From a virus: a stretch of 64,000 bases of DNA. A model generated the notes under the pieces. It was given only the letters and a program-made list of their open reading frames with translations, made no database searches and was not told the DNA's origin. Both the position numbers and the translations under genes were made by a program. This document shows positions 1 through 8,819 of the stretch, piece by piece (within the stretch, counting starts at the first letter, position 1; each line of letters starts with the position of its first letter). The stretch lies in the IMG/VR virus record IMGVR_UViG_3300037307_000721; one strand, given 5' to 3'.

Positions 1-56
1 GCGTGGCCTGACCCTGCTCGCCGGGCACGTCAGCCGCGTCATCAAGGAGGCCTAGG

Positions 57-392
57 ATGGCACCGACCCTGATCGAGCAGGGCGCGAAGATGATGCTCAA
101 GAACCGGACGGAGCGCATGCTCCACCTGCTCGAGCTCGACGCGCCGGACCTCATCCTGTGCGAGGAGGCCGCCATGATCTTCAAGGCGGCCTGCTCGCTC
201 AGCCCGGAGCTTGCCGGCGCGGCCATGGCCAAGTCGCTGCGCGAGCGGCACGCCCGGGAGAAGCAGATCTGCCTGAACTGCTTCGACGCCCAGATCCACG
301 CGGACATGACCGAGATCTGCGACGAGTGCAACGAGCAGATCCGCGCCGAACAGGAAGAGAACGACGACGGCTACGGAGACGTCGACAACTAG
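57..392 (+). CDS. hypothetical protein with C-terminal CxxC...CxxC
   Basis: GC3-biased ORF after a GGAGG-like SD; CLNC/CDEC pair. Confidence 0.75.
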   Translation: MAPTLIEQGAKMMLKNRTERMLHLLELDAPDLILCEEAAMIFKAACSLSPELAGAAMAKSLRERHAREKQICLNCFDAQIHADMTEICDECNEQIRAEQEENDDGYGDVDN

Positions 393-393
393 C

Positions 394-666
394 ATGTTCG
401 TCTTCGAGACCACGTGCGTGCACTCGACCTACGAGCTCATCAGCTCGATGGTCGATGGCGCCAAACAAATCACGTACCGGACGATGCTCAAGCACTGTCC
501 GGACATGCTCGAGTTCGCCGATGGGCTTGGCTATCGCAGGCGCGCTCCGGAGCTCACGCTCAAGCGGGACTGGGCGGTGAGCTACTGGAAAAGCACCTAC
601 GGCGGCCGGCCCTGCTACTACTTCTGCTGGTCGGGCATCGAGCACATCTGGGTGAAAGCGGACTGA
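394..666 (+). CDS. hypothetical phage protein
   Basis: GC3-biased ORF packed between neighbours. Confidence 0.75.
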   Translation: MFVFETTCVHSTYELISSMVDGAKQITYRTMLKHCPDMLEFADGLGYRRRAPELTLKRDWAVSYWKSTYGGRPCYYFCWSGIEHIWVKAD

Positions 667-669
667 CCC

Positions 670-1248
670 ATGGCCACGATGTCCATCAAGCAGCTCAAGG
701 AGCGCGCGGTCGCGCTCTGGAGCAAGACCACGAAGGCCTTCTGCTGCACCCGGCCGCGCATCGACACCGACTACGACATCAGCCGGGACGAGATCATCGG
801 CACGTGCCGGAGCTGCCGGAAGCAGGTCTTTCGCCTGCGCTCCGAGGAGATCGTCGCGCAGACCCCGGAGTCCGCCCGCAGCGACAAGGAGCGTTCGCGG
901 GCTCGGCGCGGCGACCCGGTCGTGCGCGCTGCGCAGAAGCGCCTCGGCGTGCCCGCCGATGGCATCGTGGGACCGCAGACGCTCAAGAAGATCCAGGCCG
1001 AGGTGGCCGAGCGCGACCGCATCATTCGGGAGCGCGCTGAGAATCCCAAGCTCCAGAAGCGCTCGAAGCAGCTCGCCGAGATGGTGAGCACGGGCGTGCT
1101 CACGATGGACCAAGCCCGGGCGCTCTACGAGGACGAGGCCAAGAACGTGATGGGGCCACCTCGCGAGGAGCCCAAGAAGGCCAAAAAGCCGGACGCCGCG
1201 ACCACGGCGATCGACACCAACCGATTCGCCAACCTGGAGGATGACTGA
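670..1248 (+). CDS. Cys-containing protein with a short peptidoglycan-binding-like motif
   Basis: AAQKRLGVPADGIVGPQTLKKI matches the PG_binding_1-type xQxxLGxxxDGxxGPxT pattern. Confidence 0.6.
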   Translation: MATMSIKQLKERAVALWSKTTKAFCCTRPRIDTDYDISRDEIIGTCRSCRKQVFRLRSEEIVAQTPESARSDKERSRARRGDPVVRAAQKRLGVPADGIVGPQTLKKIQAEVAERDRIIRERAENPKLQKRSKQLAEMVSTGVLTMDQARALYEDEAKNVMGPPREEPKKAKKPDAATTAIDTNRFANLEDD

Positions 1249-1477
1249 CATGGACGAGCTCTGGGAGCGCAACGACATCCAGTTCGTCCGGTTGCTGGCC
1301 GAGATCCGAGCCGTCGGGCTGACCAGCGAGCAGCTCAAGGACCTGCGAGCCAGCATGGACTGCACCACGGACGAGATCTGCGACATCCTCGAAAGAGCCG
1401 AGGACATCTTCGAGGGCGTCAAGGAGCACGCGCCGGAGGTGCTCCCGACCTGCTACGTCTGCGGAGGTGGGCGATGA
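1241..1477 (+). CDS. hypothetical phage protein
   Basis: coupled ORF, GC3 bias. Confidence 0.7.
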   Translation: MTDMDELWERNDIQFVRLLAEIRAVGLTSEQLKDLRASMDCTTDEICDILERAEDIFEGVKEHAPEVLPTCYVCGGGR

Positions 1478-1788
1478 AGGACGAGCATCCGATGGTGACC
1501 TTCACCAAGAGCCTGGAGGCCCTGGCCGAGAACACCGTGGAGATCATGGTGCGCAAGGTGGGCGAGGCCGAGCTGCGCAACCTGCAGCGTGAGGAGCACG
1601 ATGCCTGGCGCAAGCTCTGCTTCATGCTCAAGACCCGCGGCGTCGTCACCGAGGTGGACCTGAACTCTCCGGTCGGACAGTGCCTGAGCCCCAGGTCGCC
1701 CGGCCAGGACCTGCTGAACGCCATCCGTGGCTGGTGCGAGCTCCGCGTGGACCTCGAGAAGGCCGCGCTCGGAAGGGTGCGCAAGTGA
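1474..1788 (+). CDS. hypothetical protein
   Basis: ATGA overlap with the previous gene. Confidence 0.7.
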   Translation: MKDEHPMVTFTKSLEALAENTVEIMVRKVGEAELRNLQREEHDAWRKLCFMLKTRGVVTEVDLNSPVGQCLSPRSPGQDLLNAIRGWCELRVDLEKAALGRVRK

Positions 1789-2261
1789 AGGACAAGCTCA
1801 ACCACAACGTGCGGCCGCGCTACACCTGCGGCTCGCCCGCTGCAGTCAGCCAGTTCGTGGCCGACACCGTGGCAATCGAGGAGAAGCGCGGCTACGAGCG
1901 CGCGCTCACCGGCATTTTCGGCGAGGACGAGCAGCGCAAGGCCAAGCGCCTGGGCCTTCGGGGCATCGTCGAGAAGGTGCTCGGCGAGAAGAAGCGCGAC
2001 AAGCGACCCGGTCTGATGGTCTATGACCTCCTGACCGGCGAGACCTACTGGCGTCCGCTTCGGGACGGCCGCGGCAATCCGCGCGAACCGGACCCGGACG
2101 TGCACCACGACCACCACATCGACGAGGACACGATCCGCTTCACGACCTCCGGGGCCGGCGCGGACTACGTGCGCATCCTCGCCGAGTGCATCAAGTGCGG
2201 AGCGACCGGCAAGTCCGCACCGATCCAGCTCCACTTCGAGGAAGAGGAGTGCGACGGATGA
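1785..2261 (+). CDS. hypothetical protein with C-terminal CxKCG module
   Basis: GTGA overlap start at 1785; GC3 bias. Confidence 0.7.
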   Translation: MKDKLNHNVRPRYTCGSPAAVSQFVADTVAIEEKRGYERALTGIFGEDEQRKAKRLGLRGIVEKVLGEKKRDKRPGLMVYDLLTGETYWRPLRDGRGNPREPDPDVHHDHHIDEDTIRFTTSGAGADYVRILAECIKCGATGKSAPIQLHFEEEECDG

Positions 2262-2461
2262 AGGTTCGCATCGAGATCGACATGGAGAACGACGCCTTTC
2301 GGCCACCCGGTCGGATGCGCGAGCTGAAGCGCGTCATGGACACGGCGCGCGAGCACGTGGCCGAGCTCTGGCTGCAGGTCAAGGGCCGGAAGGTCGGAGC
2401 CGACAAGAAGCTCATGGACATCAACGGCAACTCCGTGGGCTTCGTGTCGGTCGAGCCATGA
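2258..2461 (+). CDS. small hypothetical phage protein (ENDAF...DINGNSVG)
   Basis: ATGA overlaps at both ends. Confidence 0.7.
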   Translation: MKVRIEIDMENDAFRPPGRMRELKRVMDTAREHVAELWLQVKGRKVGADKKLMDINGNSVGFVSVEP

Positions 2462-2667
2462 ACCTCTACCTGGAAGCGCGGCCGGGCGAGTACGAGCGCA
2501 AGCTCAAGCCCGGCGAGCTCGTCCGAGCCGGCGACGTCATGGTCTACAACCACGGGCAGAGCCGTGTCCTGGTTCGTCGCTGCAAGTACGACCCGGGCTG
2601 CTGCGTGGACCACGTCGTCACGTCGAGCGAGGACTTCCGGAGAATCGAAAAGGATCCGCAACCATGA
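2458..2667 (+). CDS. hypothetical protein
   Basis: ATGA coupling. Confidence 0.65.
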   Translation: MNLYLEARPGEYERKLKPGELVRAGDVMVYNHGQSRVLVRRCKYDPGCCVDHVVTSSEDFRRIEKDPQP

Positions 2668-2939
2668 AGCGTTGGAAGACGTCGCTGCTCATGCCCGCGC
2701 GCCGCGTGCCGGAGGTCGCAAGGTGTCTCGCCGCCCGCGCGGAAGACATCGCGTGCAAGTACCAACAGGCGCACTCACAGGACTTCGAGATTGAGATCGT
2801 GCAAGTGGTGCGCCGTCCACGCAGCGTGCTCGTCGCCGTCGAGAGCCAGCAGGACATCGCGGTGAACCTGGTGTCAGACGCCATCATGGCGTGCCTGCCG
2901 GACGACTGCCACGACGTGAAGGTCCCCTACTGGAGCTGA
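2664..2939 (+). CDS. hypothetical protein
   Basis: ATGA coupling. Confidence 0.65.
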   Translation: MKRWKTSLLMPARRVPEVARCLAARAEDIACKYQQAHSQDFEIEIVQVVRRPRSVLVAVESQQDIAVNLVSDAIMACLPDDCHDVKVPYWS

Positions 2940-2941
2940 CC

Positions 2942-3175
2942 ATGAGTCTGCCACTCGAGATCGTCCAGTCGCAGATCGAGAAGCACGCGGTCACGACCGT
3001 GACGCTGAACTACTACCCGGGCGCGCACTGGGACATCGAGGTCAAGACCATCGACGGGAAGGTCGTGCGCCTCGAGCCGGAGCGCCACTGGGGCCTGCTC
3101 TTCTCGCGAGCGCTCAACGCTCTCGACACGATGCCCAGTCCGAACCTGGAGAACCTGAGAGCGCCCAAGCCATGA
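2942..3175 (+). CDS. hypothetical protein
   Basis: ATG 2 nt after the previous stop; GC3 bias. Confidence 0.65.
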   Translation: MSLPLEIVQSQIEKHAVTTVTLNYYPGAHWDIEVKTIDGKVVRLEPERHWGLLFSRALNALDTMPSPNLENLRAPKP

Positions 3176-3540
3176 ACGGACTCGACCCCGAGCTCGCCGC
3201 CTTCCTGCGCTTCGAGCACTATCAGAAGTACGAGGCGCTCGCCCAGAAGCTGGGCATCGAGAAGCTCAAGACCGCGGTCATGTTCGCCCTGGGCCTGTGC
3301 TGCCACGCCGACCCAGTGGCGTACTTGCGCGAGCAGCTGCGCCTGGACCGTGCGCTCAACCGCATTCCGCTCCGCCAGTGGGACGCGCAGGAACCCAGGG
3401 TGCGAGCGCTTCTCCGCCGTGCCGGCGGGGGAGTCATGTCGTCCTGCGAATCCGTCTGCGTGCTCAAGCACGTGGCCACGCATCACGTCGTCGGAGAGTC
3501 GGCCCCGGAGCCGGCGCCCGACCCAAGGAGAAAACCATGA
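3172..3540 (+). CDS. hypothetical protein
   Basis: ATGA coupling. Confidence 0.7.
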   Translation: MNGLDPELAAFLRFEHYQKYEALAQKLGIEKLKTAVMFALGLCCHADPVAYLREQLRLDRALNRIPLRQWDAQEPRVRALLRRAGGGVMSSCESVCVLKHVATHHVVGESAPEPAPDPRRKP

Positions 3541-3785
3541 AGACGCCCGAGGAACTCAGCCGCGAGGAGCTCGTCCAGATCGTCGGCGGTGTCCAGCAGG
3601 TGCTGTGGCTGGACCACGTCGAGGGCCAGGGGTTCTGCTTCGTCCCCGACAAGGAGTGGGAGTCCGACACCATCGAGCACGTCGCTCAAGTGCTGGCCGA
3701 CCACGACCTGCGGCCGAGCGGCACCACGCCGTTCGAGAACCAGCCCGAGGCCGACCGCGAGGTCGACCCCTCGGATGTGGGCTGA
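3537..3785 (+). CDS. hypothetical acidic protein
   Basis: AGGAG SD and ATGA overlap. Confidence 0.7.
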   Translation: MKTPEELSREELVQIVGGVQQVLWLDHVEGQGFCFVPDKEWESDTIEHVAQVLADHDLRPSGTTPFENQPEADREVDPSDVG

Positions 3786-3897
3786 CCTCCTCGCGCTGCT
3801 CGTCGCCTGCGTCGTCTTCGCCTGCTACGCGACGGTGATCGAGATGTACGCCGACTGGTGGCGCGAGAAGCACCCGAAGAAGGAGCGAGAACCATGA
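3775..3897 (+). CDS. small single-pass membrane protein
   Basis: MWADLLALLVACVVFACYATVIEM hydrophobic helix, then a basic tail. Confidence 0.55.
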   Translation: MWADLLALLVACVVFACYATVIEMYADWWREKHPKKEREP

Positions 3898-4274
3898 TCG
3901 TCGTCGTGGCCGTGATGGGCGAGTGCTGCACCCGTCCACACCTCAAGGTCGTCGAAGTGCCGAACAGCGGCCCGGACCGCGCCGTCACCATCGCCAAGCG
4001 CTACCTCGAGTTCGCCGACGAGGGCTGGGAGCCGAACGATGCCATCGTCGTCCCGGATGGCGAGATGGAACCGCCCGACTACACCGTCCCCGAGAACGAG
4101 CTCATCGGCTGGGGTCTGGAGCCGGGCGACGAGGTGAAGTGGAACGACCCGGACGAGGGCCGATGCAGCCGCATCCTCAAGGTCAAGAGCGTGGAATTTC
4201 TCGGCGAGAGCGCCATCAGCATCATGGAAGAGGATGGCTCGGTCGTCGAGTGCTACGCACGGGAGCTCGCATGA
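3894..4274 (+). CDS. hypothetical protein
   Basis: AAGGAG SD, ATGA overlap. Confidence 0.7.
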   Translation: MIVVVAVMGECCTRPHLKVVEVPNSGPDRAVTIAKRYLEFADEGWEPNDAIVVPDGEMEPPDYTVPENELIGWGLEPGDEVKWNDPDEGRCSRILKVKSVEFLGESAISIMEEDGSVVECYARELA

Positions 4275-4429
4275 AGGTCAAGTGCCAAAACTGCGGATGG
4301 ACTGGCCCGCAGGCCAAGTGCAAGGAGATCAAACATCTCACCCAGCGCGTGGCGGTGGGCGAGCCAATGCCCGCCGGTGAGTGCCCGAAGTGTGGCGCGC
4401 TCTGCCACCCGGTGGAGAAAGAGCGGTAA
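4271..4429 (+). CDS. small zinc-ribbon protein
   Basis: CQNCGW...GECPKCGALC. Confidence 0.7.
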   Translation: MKVKCQNCGWTGPQAKCKEIKHLTQRVAVGEPMPAGECPKCGALCHPVEKER

Positions 4430-4432
4430 GCC

Positions 4433-4963
4433 GTGAGCGTGAAGGTGTGGGCCCTCCTGGTGGGGCCCGAGGACGTGACGACGCGGGACGGCAAGACCGT
4501 GGGCAAGACGCCCGAGGTCGAGCGCGACATGGCGCACGCCGACATGGTCGTGTTCCTGGTGAACGACGACGTGGTCACCTGGGTCAAGAAGCCGAAGATG
4601 CCCAAGCCCGAGCCCGTTGCCAAGGCCGTGGCCACGCAACGCTTCGCCGAGCTCGAGACCACGATCGAAGAGGAGCCGAGGAAGGCACCCGCTCCGGTAC
4701 CGGTGACGCAGGCCAAGCCGGTCGTCACGCAGAGCCAGCCCGCGACCGCACCGACCTGGCGTCGCTTCGAGTGCGTCCGCGGGACCTCGAACAAGTTCTG
4801 GGAGATCACTCTCCAGGGCTCGAAGTACACAACGCGCTGGGGCCGCATCGGGACCGACGGCTCCGTCACGGTCAAGGAGTGGGGCTCGGACTACGAGGCC
4901 CGCTGCGAGTACCGGAAGATCATCGACTCCAAGCTGGCCAAGGGATACCGGGAGATCCGGTAG
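4433..4963 (+). CDS. WGR domain-containing protein
   Basis: C-terminal SNKFWEITLQG...TTRWGRIGTDG...KLAKGYRE is a textbook WGR signature, after a Pro/Ala linker. Confidence 0.85.
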   Translation: MSVKVWALLVGPEDVTTRDGKTVGKTPEVERDMAHADMVVFLVNDDVVTWVKKPKMPKPEPVAKAVATQRFAELETTIEEEPRKAPAPVPVTQAKPVVTQSQPATAPTWRRFECVRGTSNKFWEITLQGSKYTTRWGRIGTDGSVTVKEWGSDYEARCEYRKIIDSKLAKGYREIR

Positions 4964-4977
4964 AAAGGACAAGCACG

Positions 4978-5220
4978 ATGGACGAGACCGAGGGAACGCG
5001 CAGGGTCATGCAAGCCGTGGTCAACGCCGACGCCGAGGAGCGCAAGGCGACCGAGGAGAAGTACGGACAGGTCTGGGACACGCAGGAGCTCGGACGCGAC
5101 TTCGAGGTGCTCGGCTTCGCCGCGCCCTTCGTGGTGGTCAAGCGCAAGGCGGATGGGGTGAAGGGCTCGCTCATGTTCCAGCACAGCCCGCGCTACTACT
5201 TCAGCTTCACGCCGGCCTAG
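4978..5220 (+). CDS. conserved small hypothetical protein (GQVWDT...FQHSPRYYF)
   Basis: AAAGGA SD; GC3 bias. Confidence 0.75.
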   Translation: MDETEGTRRVMQAVVNADAEERKATEEKYGQVWDTQELGRDFEVLGFAAPFVVVKRKADGVKGSLMFQHSPRYYFSFTPA

Positions 5221-5222
5221 CC

Positions 5223-5462
5223 ATGGCCGGACGCGACAAGACCGCCGGCGAGAGCCGGCTCAAGAAGGTCCTTGCCCTGCTCAACGGCGCATTCGTCATC
5301 CTGGCTGAGCCGGCGAACGAAGAGGGCGAGGAGTGGATCGGGCTCAGCTTCATGCTCAAGACCGGCGAGGAAGTCTCCTTCGTCGTGGCACGCGACGATG
5401 AGAGCAACGGCCCGGGCGCGCTGCTCGGGCTGTGGGACTTCGCCAGAAAGCACGGGATCTGA
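5223..5462 (+). CDS. hypothetical protein
   Basis: packed ORF. Confidence 0.65.
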   Translation: MAGRDKTAGESRLKKVLALLNGAFVILAEPANEEGEEWIGLSFMLKTGEEVSFVVARDDESNGPGALLGLWDFARKHGI

Positions 5463-6247
5463 TGACGCAGCTCTGGGACCTGACCGGTGAGAAGAAGCTC
5501 ATCGGGGACTCGGACGAAGGCATCGAGCTCGTCGACGACGGGACCAAGGTGTCGGAGAACGGCTTCCCGCTCGACCTGTCCTCGCTCATCCAGCGCTTTC
5601 GCGACAAGGAGGACAAGCTCGAGGACGAGGTGCAGTTCTTCTCGCGAAACACCGAGCTCGTGGCCAGCCCGAAGGGCTTGGTCGAAGTCCCTCGGCGCCG
5701 GACCAAGCGCTACGAGAAGCTCGGTAGGGCACCGGTGGTCGGTCTGAAAGAGGGCGTCGACCTCGAGAAGATTCCGCACCGCGAGTGCACGCCGCGGGTC
5801 AAGGCCGAGAAGATGATGAGCCCGGAGAGCCGGCTCAAGCGAAGAGAGCAGGGACTCGAGCCTGGTCCGGAGCTCGAAGAGGACGGTCCCTACAACGCGC
5901 TGGGCGTGCCCTACGACATGCTCAAGGACCAGGACGAGCCGCCCTCGCCACCGCCCGAGCCAGAGTACGAGATCACCGCGGACTGCGGATGGCTCTCGCC
6001 GGACGGCAAGTTCTACCGCTGCGCCTACATGGAGCACATCTCGCTGGCCATCCGGCTGGGCATGGACGAGGTGCGCCTCGAGAAGCTCGGCTGGGTCAAG
6101 GTGCAAGAGAACAAGTTCTGGGGCGACCTACTCTGCGAGGGCGGCGAGCGCGCCAAGGTCACGCAGAAGCAGCGCGACCTGGTCTTCGACTATTGCACCA
6201 AGAATGGCCTCCAGCTCCCAAGCTGGATGGCTCCCGAGGAGGACTGA
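5462..6247 (+). CDS. hypothetical protein
   Basis: TGATG coupling; long GC3-biased ORF. Confidence 0.75.
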   Translation: MTQLWDLTGEKKLIGDSDEGIELVDDGTKVSENGFPLDLSSLIQRFRDKEDKLEDEVQFFSRNTELVASPKGLVEVPRRRTKRYEKLGRAPVVGLKEGVDLEKIPHRECTPRVKAEKMMSPESRLKRREQGLEPGPELEEDGPYNALGVPYDMLKDQDEPPSPPPEPEYEITADCGWLSPDGKFYRCAYMEHISLAIRLGMDEVRLEKLGWVKVQENKFWGDLLCEGGERAKVTQKQRDLVFDYCTKNGLQLPSWMAPEED

Positions 6248-6249
6248 TC

Positions 6250-6927
6250 ATGGGCGAGCGCTACAATCCACTGGCCGAGGGCCACGTCGAGCCCGCCGGC
6301 AAGGACGCGAAGGGCCGCCAGACCTGGACGCTGACGGTGGAAGGCCTTCGCCAGCAGGCCATGGTTGAGGACGAGCTCCGCAACCTGGGCTATGTGCAGA
6401 ACGAGGCCGGCCTGTGGGTGCACGACCCGCAAGCTCGCGAGGAGCTCGGCCTCGAGGCGCTTGCCATGGAGGAGTACGAGCGGCTGCTCGGCAAGACCGT
6501 GCGCGTGAACCAGTTGCTTGGCTACACGAACCGCGACTTCTCCGAGGAGAAATCCGGGGACTTCGTGGTGCGCATCGACGCAACGCCACGCAGCGACGTC
6601 TTGCGCTGGGTCGACGACTGGCTCGACCCGGTCTACAACGTGACCGTCCTCGAGGCCAACGGCCTGCCCGGCCGAAGCCCGCTGCGCAGCTGTTGGATCT
6701 ACGGCAAGTCGTACCACCGAGGCGTGGCGCACGAGACTCAGCCGGGGTCGATCGCGGAAGAGATCTGTCAGCACGAGCCGGACATCGACACGCTGGCTTT
6801 GCCGCACGACCTGCACCCCGAGACGCACGATGGGCGCATCGAGTTCGTCATCGACGTGGTGTGCTCGAAGTGCGGCACGTCCGGGTCCTTCGCGGTGACG
6901 GTGAGCCCCGAAGACATCAACTGGTGA
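6250..6927 (+). CDS. hypothetical multi-module protein with C-terminal CxH...CxKCG module
   Basis: GGAGG SD; CQHEPD...CSKCGTSG. Confidence 0.7.
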   Translation: MGERYNPLAEGHVEPAGKDAKGRQTWTLTVEGLRQQAMVEDELRNLGYVQNEAGLWVHDPQAREELGLEALAMEEYERLLGKTVRVNQLLGYTNRDFSEEKSGDFVVRIDATPRSDVLRWVDDWLDPVYNVTVLEANGLPGRSPLRSCWIYGKSYHRGVAHETQPGSIAEEICQHEPDIDTLALPHDLHPETHDGRIEFVIDVVCSKCGTSGSFAVTVSPEDINW

Positions 6928-6940
6928 GGTTTCCTCACAC

Positions 6941-7315
6941 GTGACGAAGATCTCAACCACCCAAGAGAAGCGCGTCGGCCAGCTGCGCAAGTCCTTCCTC
7001 GAGTTCCATCGGGCGAACCCGTGGGTCTACGAGCGGCTCGTCGAGCTCTGCTTTGAGCTCAAGAGCAAGGGCTTCAAGAAGTACTCGATGCGGACACTGG
7101 TCGCGGTGCTTCGCTTCGAATGGGACCTCAAGACCGGTGGCCAGACCGTGATCCTGGCGAGCGGCGAGCCCCGTCGCGTGAAGCTGAACGACCACCACAC
7201 GGCCTACTATGCCCGCTACTTCGTGGCGCAGTACCCGGAGTTCCGGGACTTCTTCGAGTTCCGGACTGCCGAAGGAGATGAGGACTTCTCCTTCATGAAT
7301 GAGATGGAGCCATGA
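6941..7315 (+). CDS. conserved phage protein (FxxFHxxNPxVY...KLNDHHTAYYAR)
   Basis: motif pattern recalled from a widespread phage family of unknown function. Confidence 0.7.
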   Translation: MTKISTTQEKRVGQLRKSFLEFHRANPWVYERLVELCFELKSKGFKKYSMRTLVAVLRFEWDLKTGGQTVILASGEPRRVKLNDHHTAYYARYFVAQYPEFRDFFEFRTAEGDEDFSFMNEMEP

Positions 7316-7836
7316 CCAAGCTGCTCAAGCACTTCATCCTCCGCGTCTGGACCGACGGCGGAGAGCACTACCAGGCGCCCGACTACTTCCGGGTGTCGCT
7401 GTCCGCCGAGGACCTCGAGCGGTACCTCGGCATCTACGGCATCGTCCTCGAGCTCGAGGAGCGCATGAAGGGCGAGCCCAGGGACAAGCTGCTCGACTTC
7501 CACTTCCTCGCCTGCTGGGACTACCGGGCAAGCTTCTTCGGCCGGCCCGACGTGAACGAGCAGGACCAGGAGCGGCTCGAGGCCCTGCTCGACCACGCCG
7601 ACAACGAGGAGTGCGTGGAGATCTCCGGCGACGACGCGCTCTTCATCGACAGCCTGATGGAGGACCACGAGGGCTTCGAGGAGGGCGGCTTCCAGCGCAT
7701 GGACTACGTCTACGCTCGCTTCGACAAGGACGGTCTGCACTGGGAGGGATGCGTCAAGCACTGCGACTACCAGGTCTCGACGGCCCGCCTGCCCTGGAAG
7801 GCACTCGGTGTCGAGGGAGAGCCGGTGAAGGAATGA
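7312..7836 (+). CDS. hypothetical acidic protein
   Basis: ATGA coupling. Confidence 0.75.
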   Translation: MTKLLKHFILRVWTDGGEHYQAPDYFRVSLSAEDLERYLGIYGIVLELEERMKGEPRDKLLDFHFLACWDYRASFFGRPDVNEQDQERLEALLDHADNEECVEISGDDALFIDSLMEDHEGFEEGGFQRMDYVYARFDKDGLHWEGCVKHCDYQVSTARLPWKALGVEGEPVKE

Positions 7837-8138
7837 AGACCGTCGTCCAGCTCGAGGCCTCGACGTCCTACTACGAAGGCGACGACGGCACCTTCGATCG
7901 CCCGGCGGCGCTCTTCGAGTGGCCCGAGCCGCTCGACTATCCACCGCTCCAGCCGCGAATGACCCTGCGGCTCGGCGGCGAGGCGAGCTACCACGCGGCC
8001 AAGGCCATCGTCGAGCCCGACGGCTCGCAGAGCATCCTGTGCCGGTGCAATCTGGGGTACAACCGGTACCGGTCGGTGGCCATCCCGGCCATGCAGAAGA
8101 AGGGGTGGAAGCTCATCCGCGAGTACGAGGAACGATGA
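7833..8138 (+). CDS. hypothetical protein
   Basis: ATGA coupling. Confidence 0.7.
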   Translation: MKTVVQLEASTSYYEGDDGTFDRPAALFEWPEPLDYPPLQPRMTLRLGGEASYHAAKAIVEPDGSQSILCRCNLGYNRYRSVAIPAMQKKGWKLIREYEER

Positions 8139-8455
8139 ACGACCTGCTCGACAACCGACCGCGTCGGATCGTCAAGCTCGCAGCCGGCCTGGTCAAGTCC
8201 AACGTGCCCAAGTACTGGCTCGAGTGGGACGAGAAGGGCATCTGGGAGCTCAAGGCCAAGGAGCTCCTCGAGGACACCGCCGAGGCAGTGCGAGAGAAGG
8301 GCCTGACGCCGGAGCAGGTGGACAAAGAGCTCGCCGAGTACCTGGGCTACCTGGCGCTCACAGCTGCCCTCGCCGTGGCGAAGAAGGAGAAGGCCAATGC
8401 ACTGGCCGCGCGTCAAGTACGAGCTGACCGACGAGGACGTCGAGCTCGCCGATGA
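8135..8455 (+). CDS. hypothetical protein
   Basis: ATGA coupling. Confidence 0.65.
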   Translation: MNDLLDNRPRRIVKLAAGLVKSNVPKYWLEWDEKGIWELKAKELLEDTAEAVREKGLTPEQVDKELAEYLGYLALTAALAVAKKEKANALAARQVRADRRGRRARR

Positions 8456-8819
8456 CATCGCCCACGAGGCACGCAGCCTGTACGAGGTCATCGTGCAGGT
8501 GCTCGCCAAGTGCGGCTGGCATCAGGACTTCGCCACCCAGGAGTGGCGCGTCGAGCAGCGCCGCGAGGGCGAGTTCGGCGAGGAGCTCCGACGGCCGATC
8601 GCGATCTCGCACCATGCCCTCGAGTACATGGGCAGAGGTCCGGTGGACCGGGTGTGCGAGCAACTGAGCAACATCCGCGCCGGGCGCGAGGCGGCCATCG
8701 TCGGCCACGCCTGGCTGCTTCTGCCAAGCATCATCAAGGAAGGCAAGTCGAGATCGGCATGGGACATGGCCCTCGAGATCTCGCGGCTTCTGAACACACC
8801 GAGGAGAAATCGACCATGA
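8397..8819 (+). CDS. hypothetical protein
   Basis: AAGGAG SD before ATG 8397. Confidence 0.7.
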   Translation: MHWPRVKYELTDEDVELADDIAHEARSLYEVIVQVLAKCGWHQDFATQEWRVEQRREGEFGEELRRPIAISHHALEYMGRGPVDRVCEQLSNIRAGREAAIVGHAWLLLPSIIKEGKSRSAWDMALEISRLLNTPRRNRP

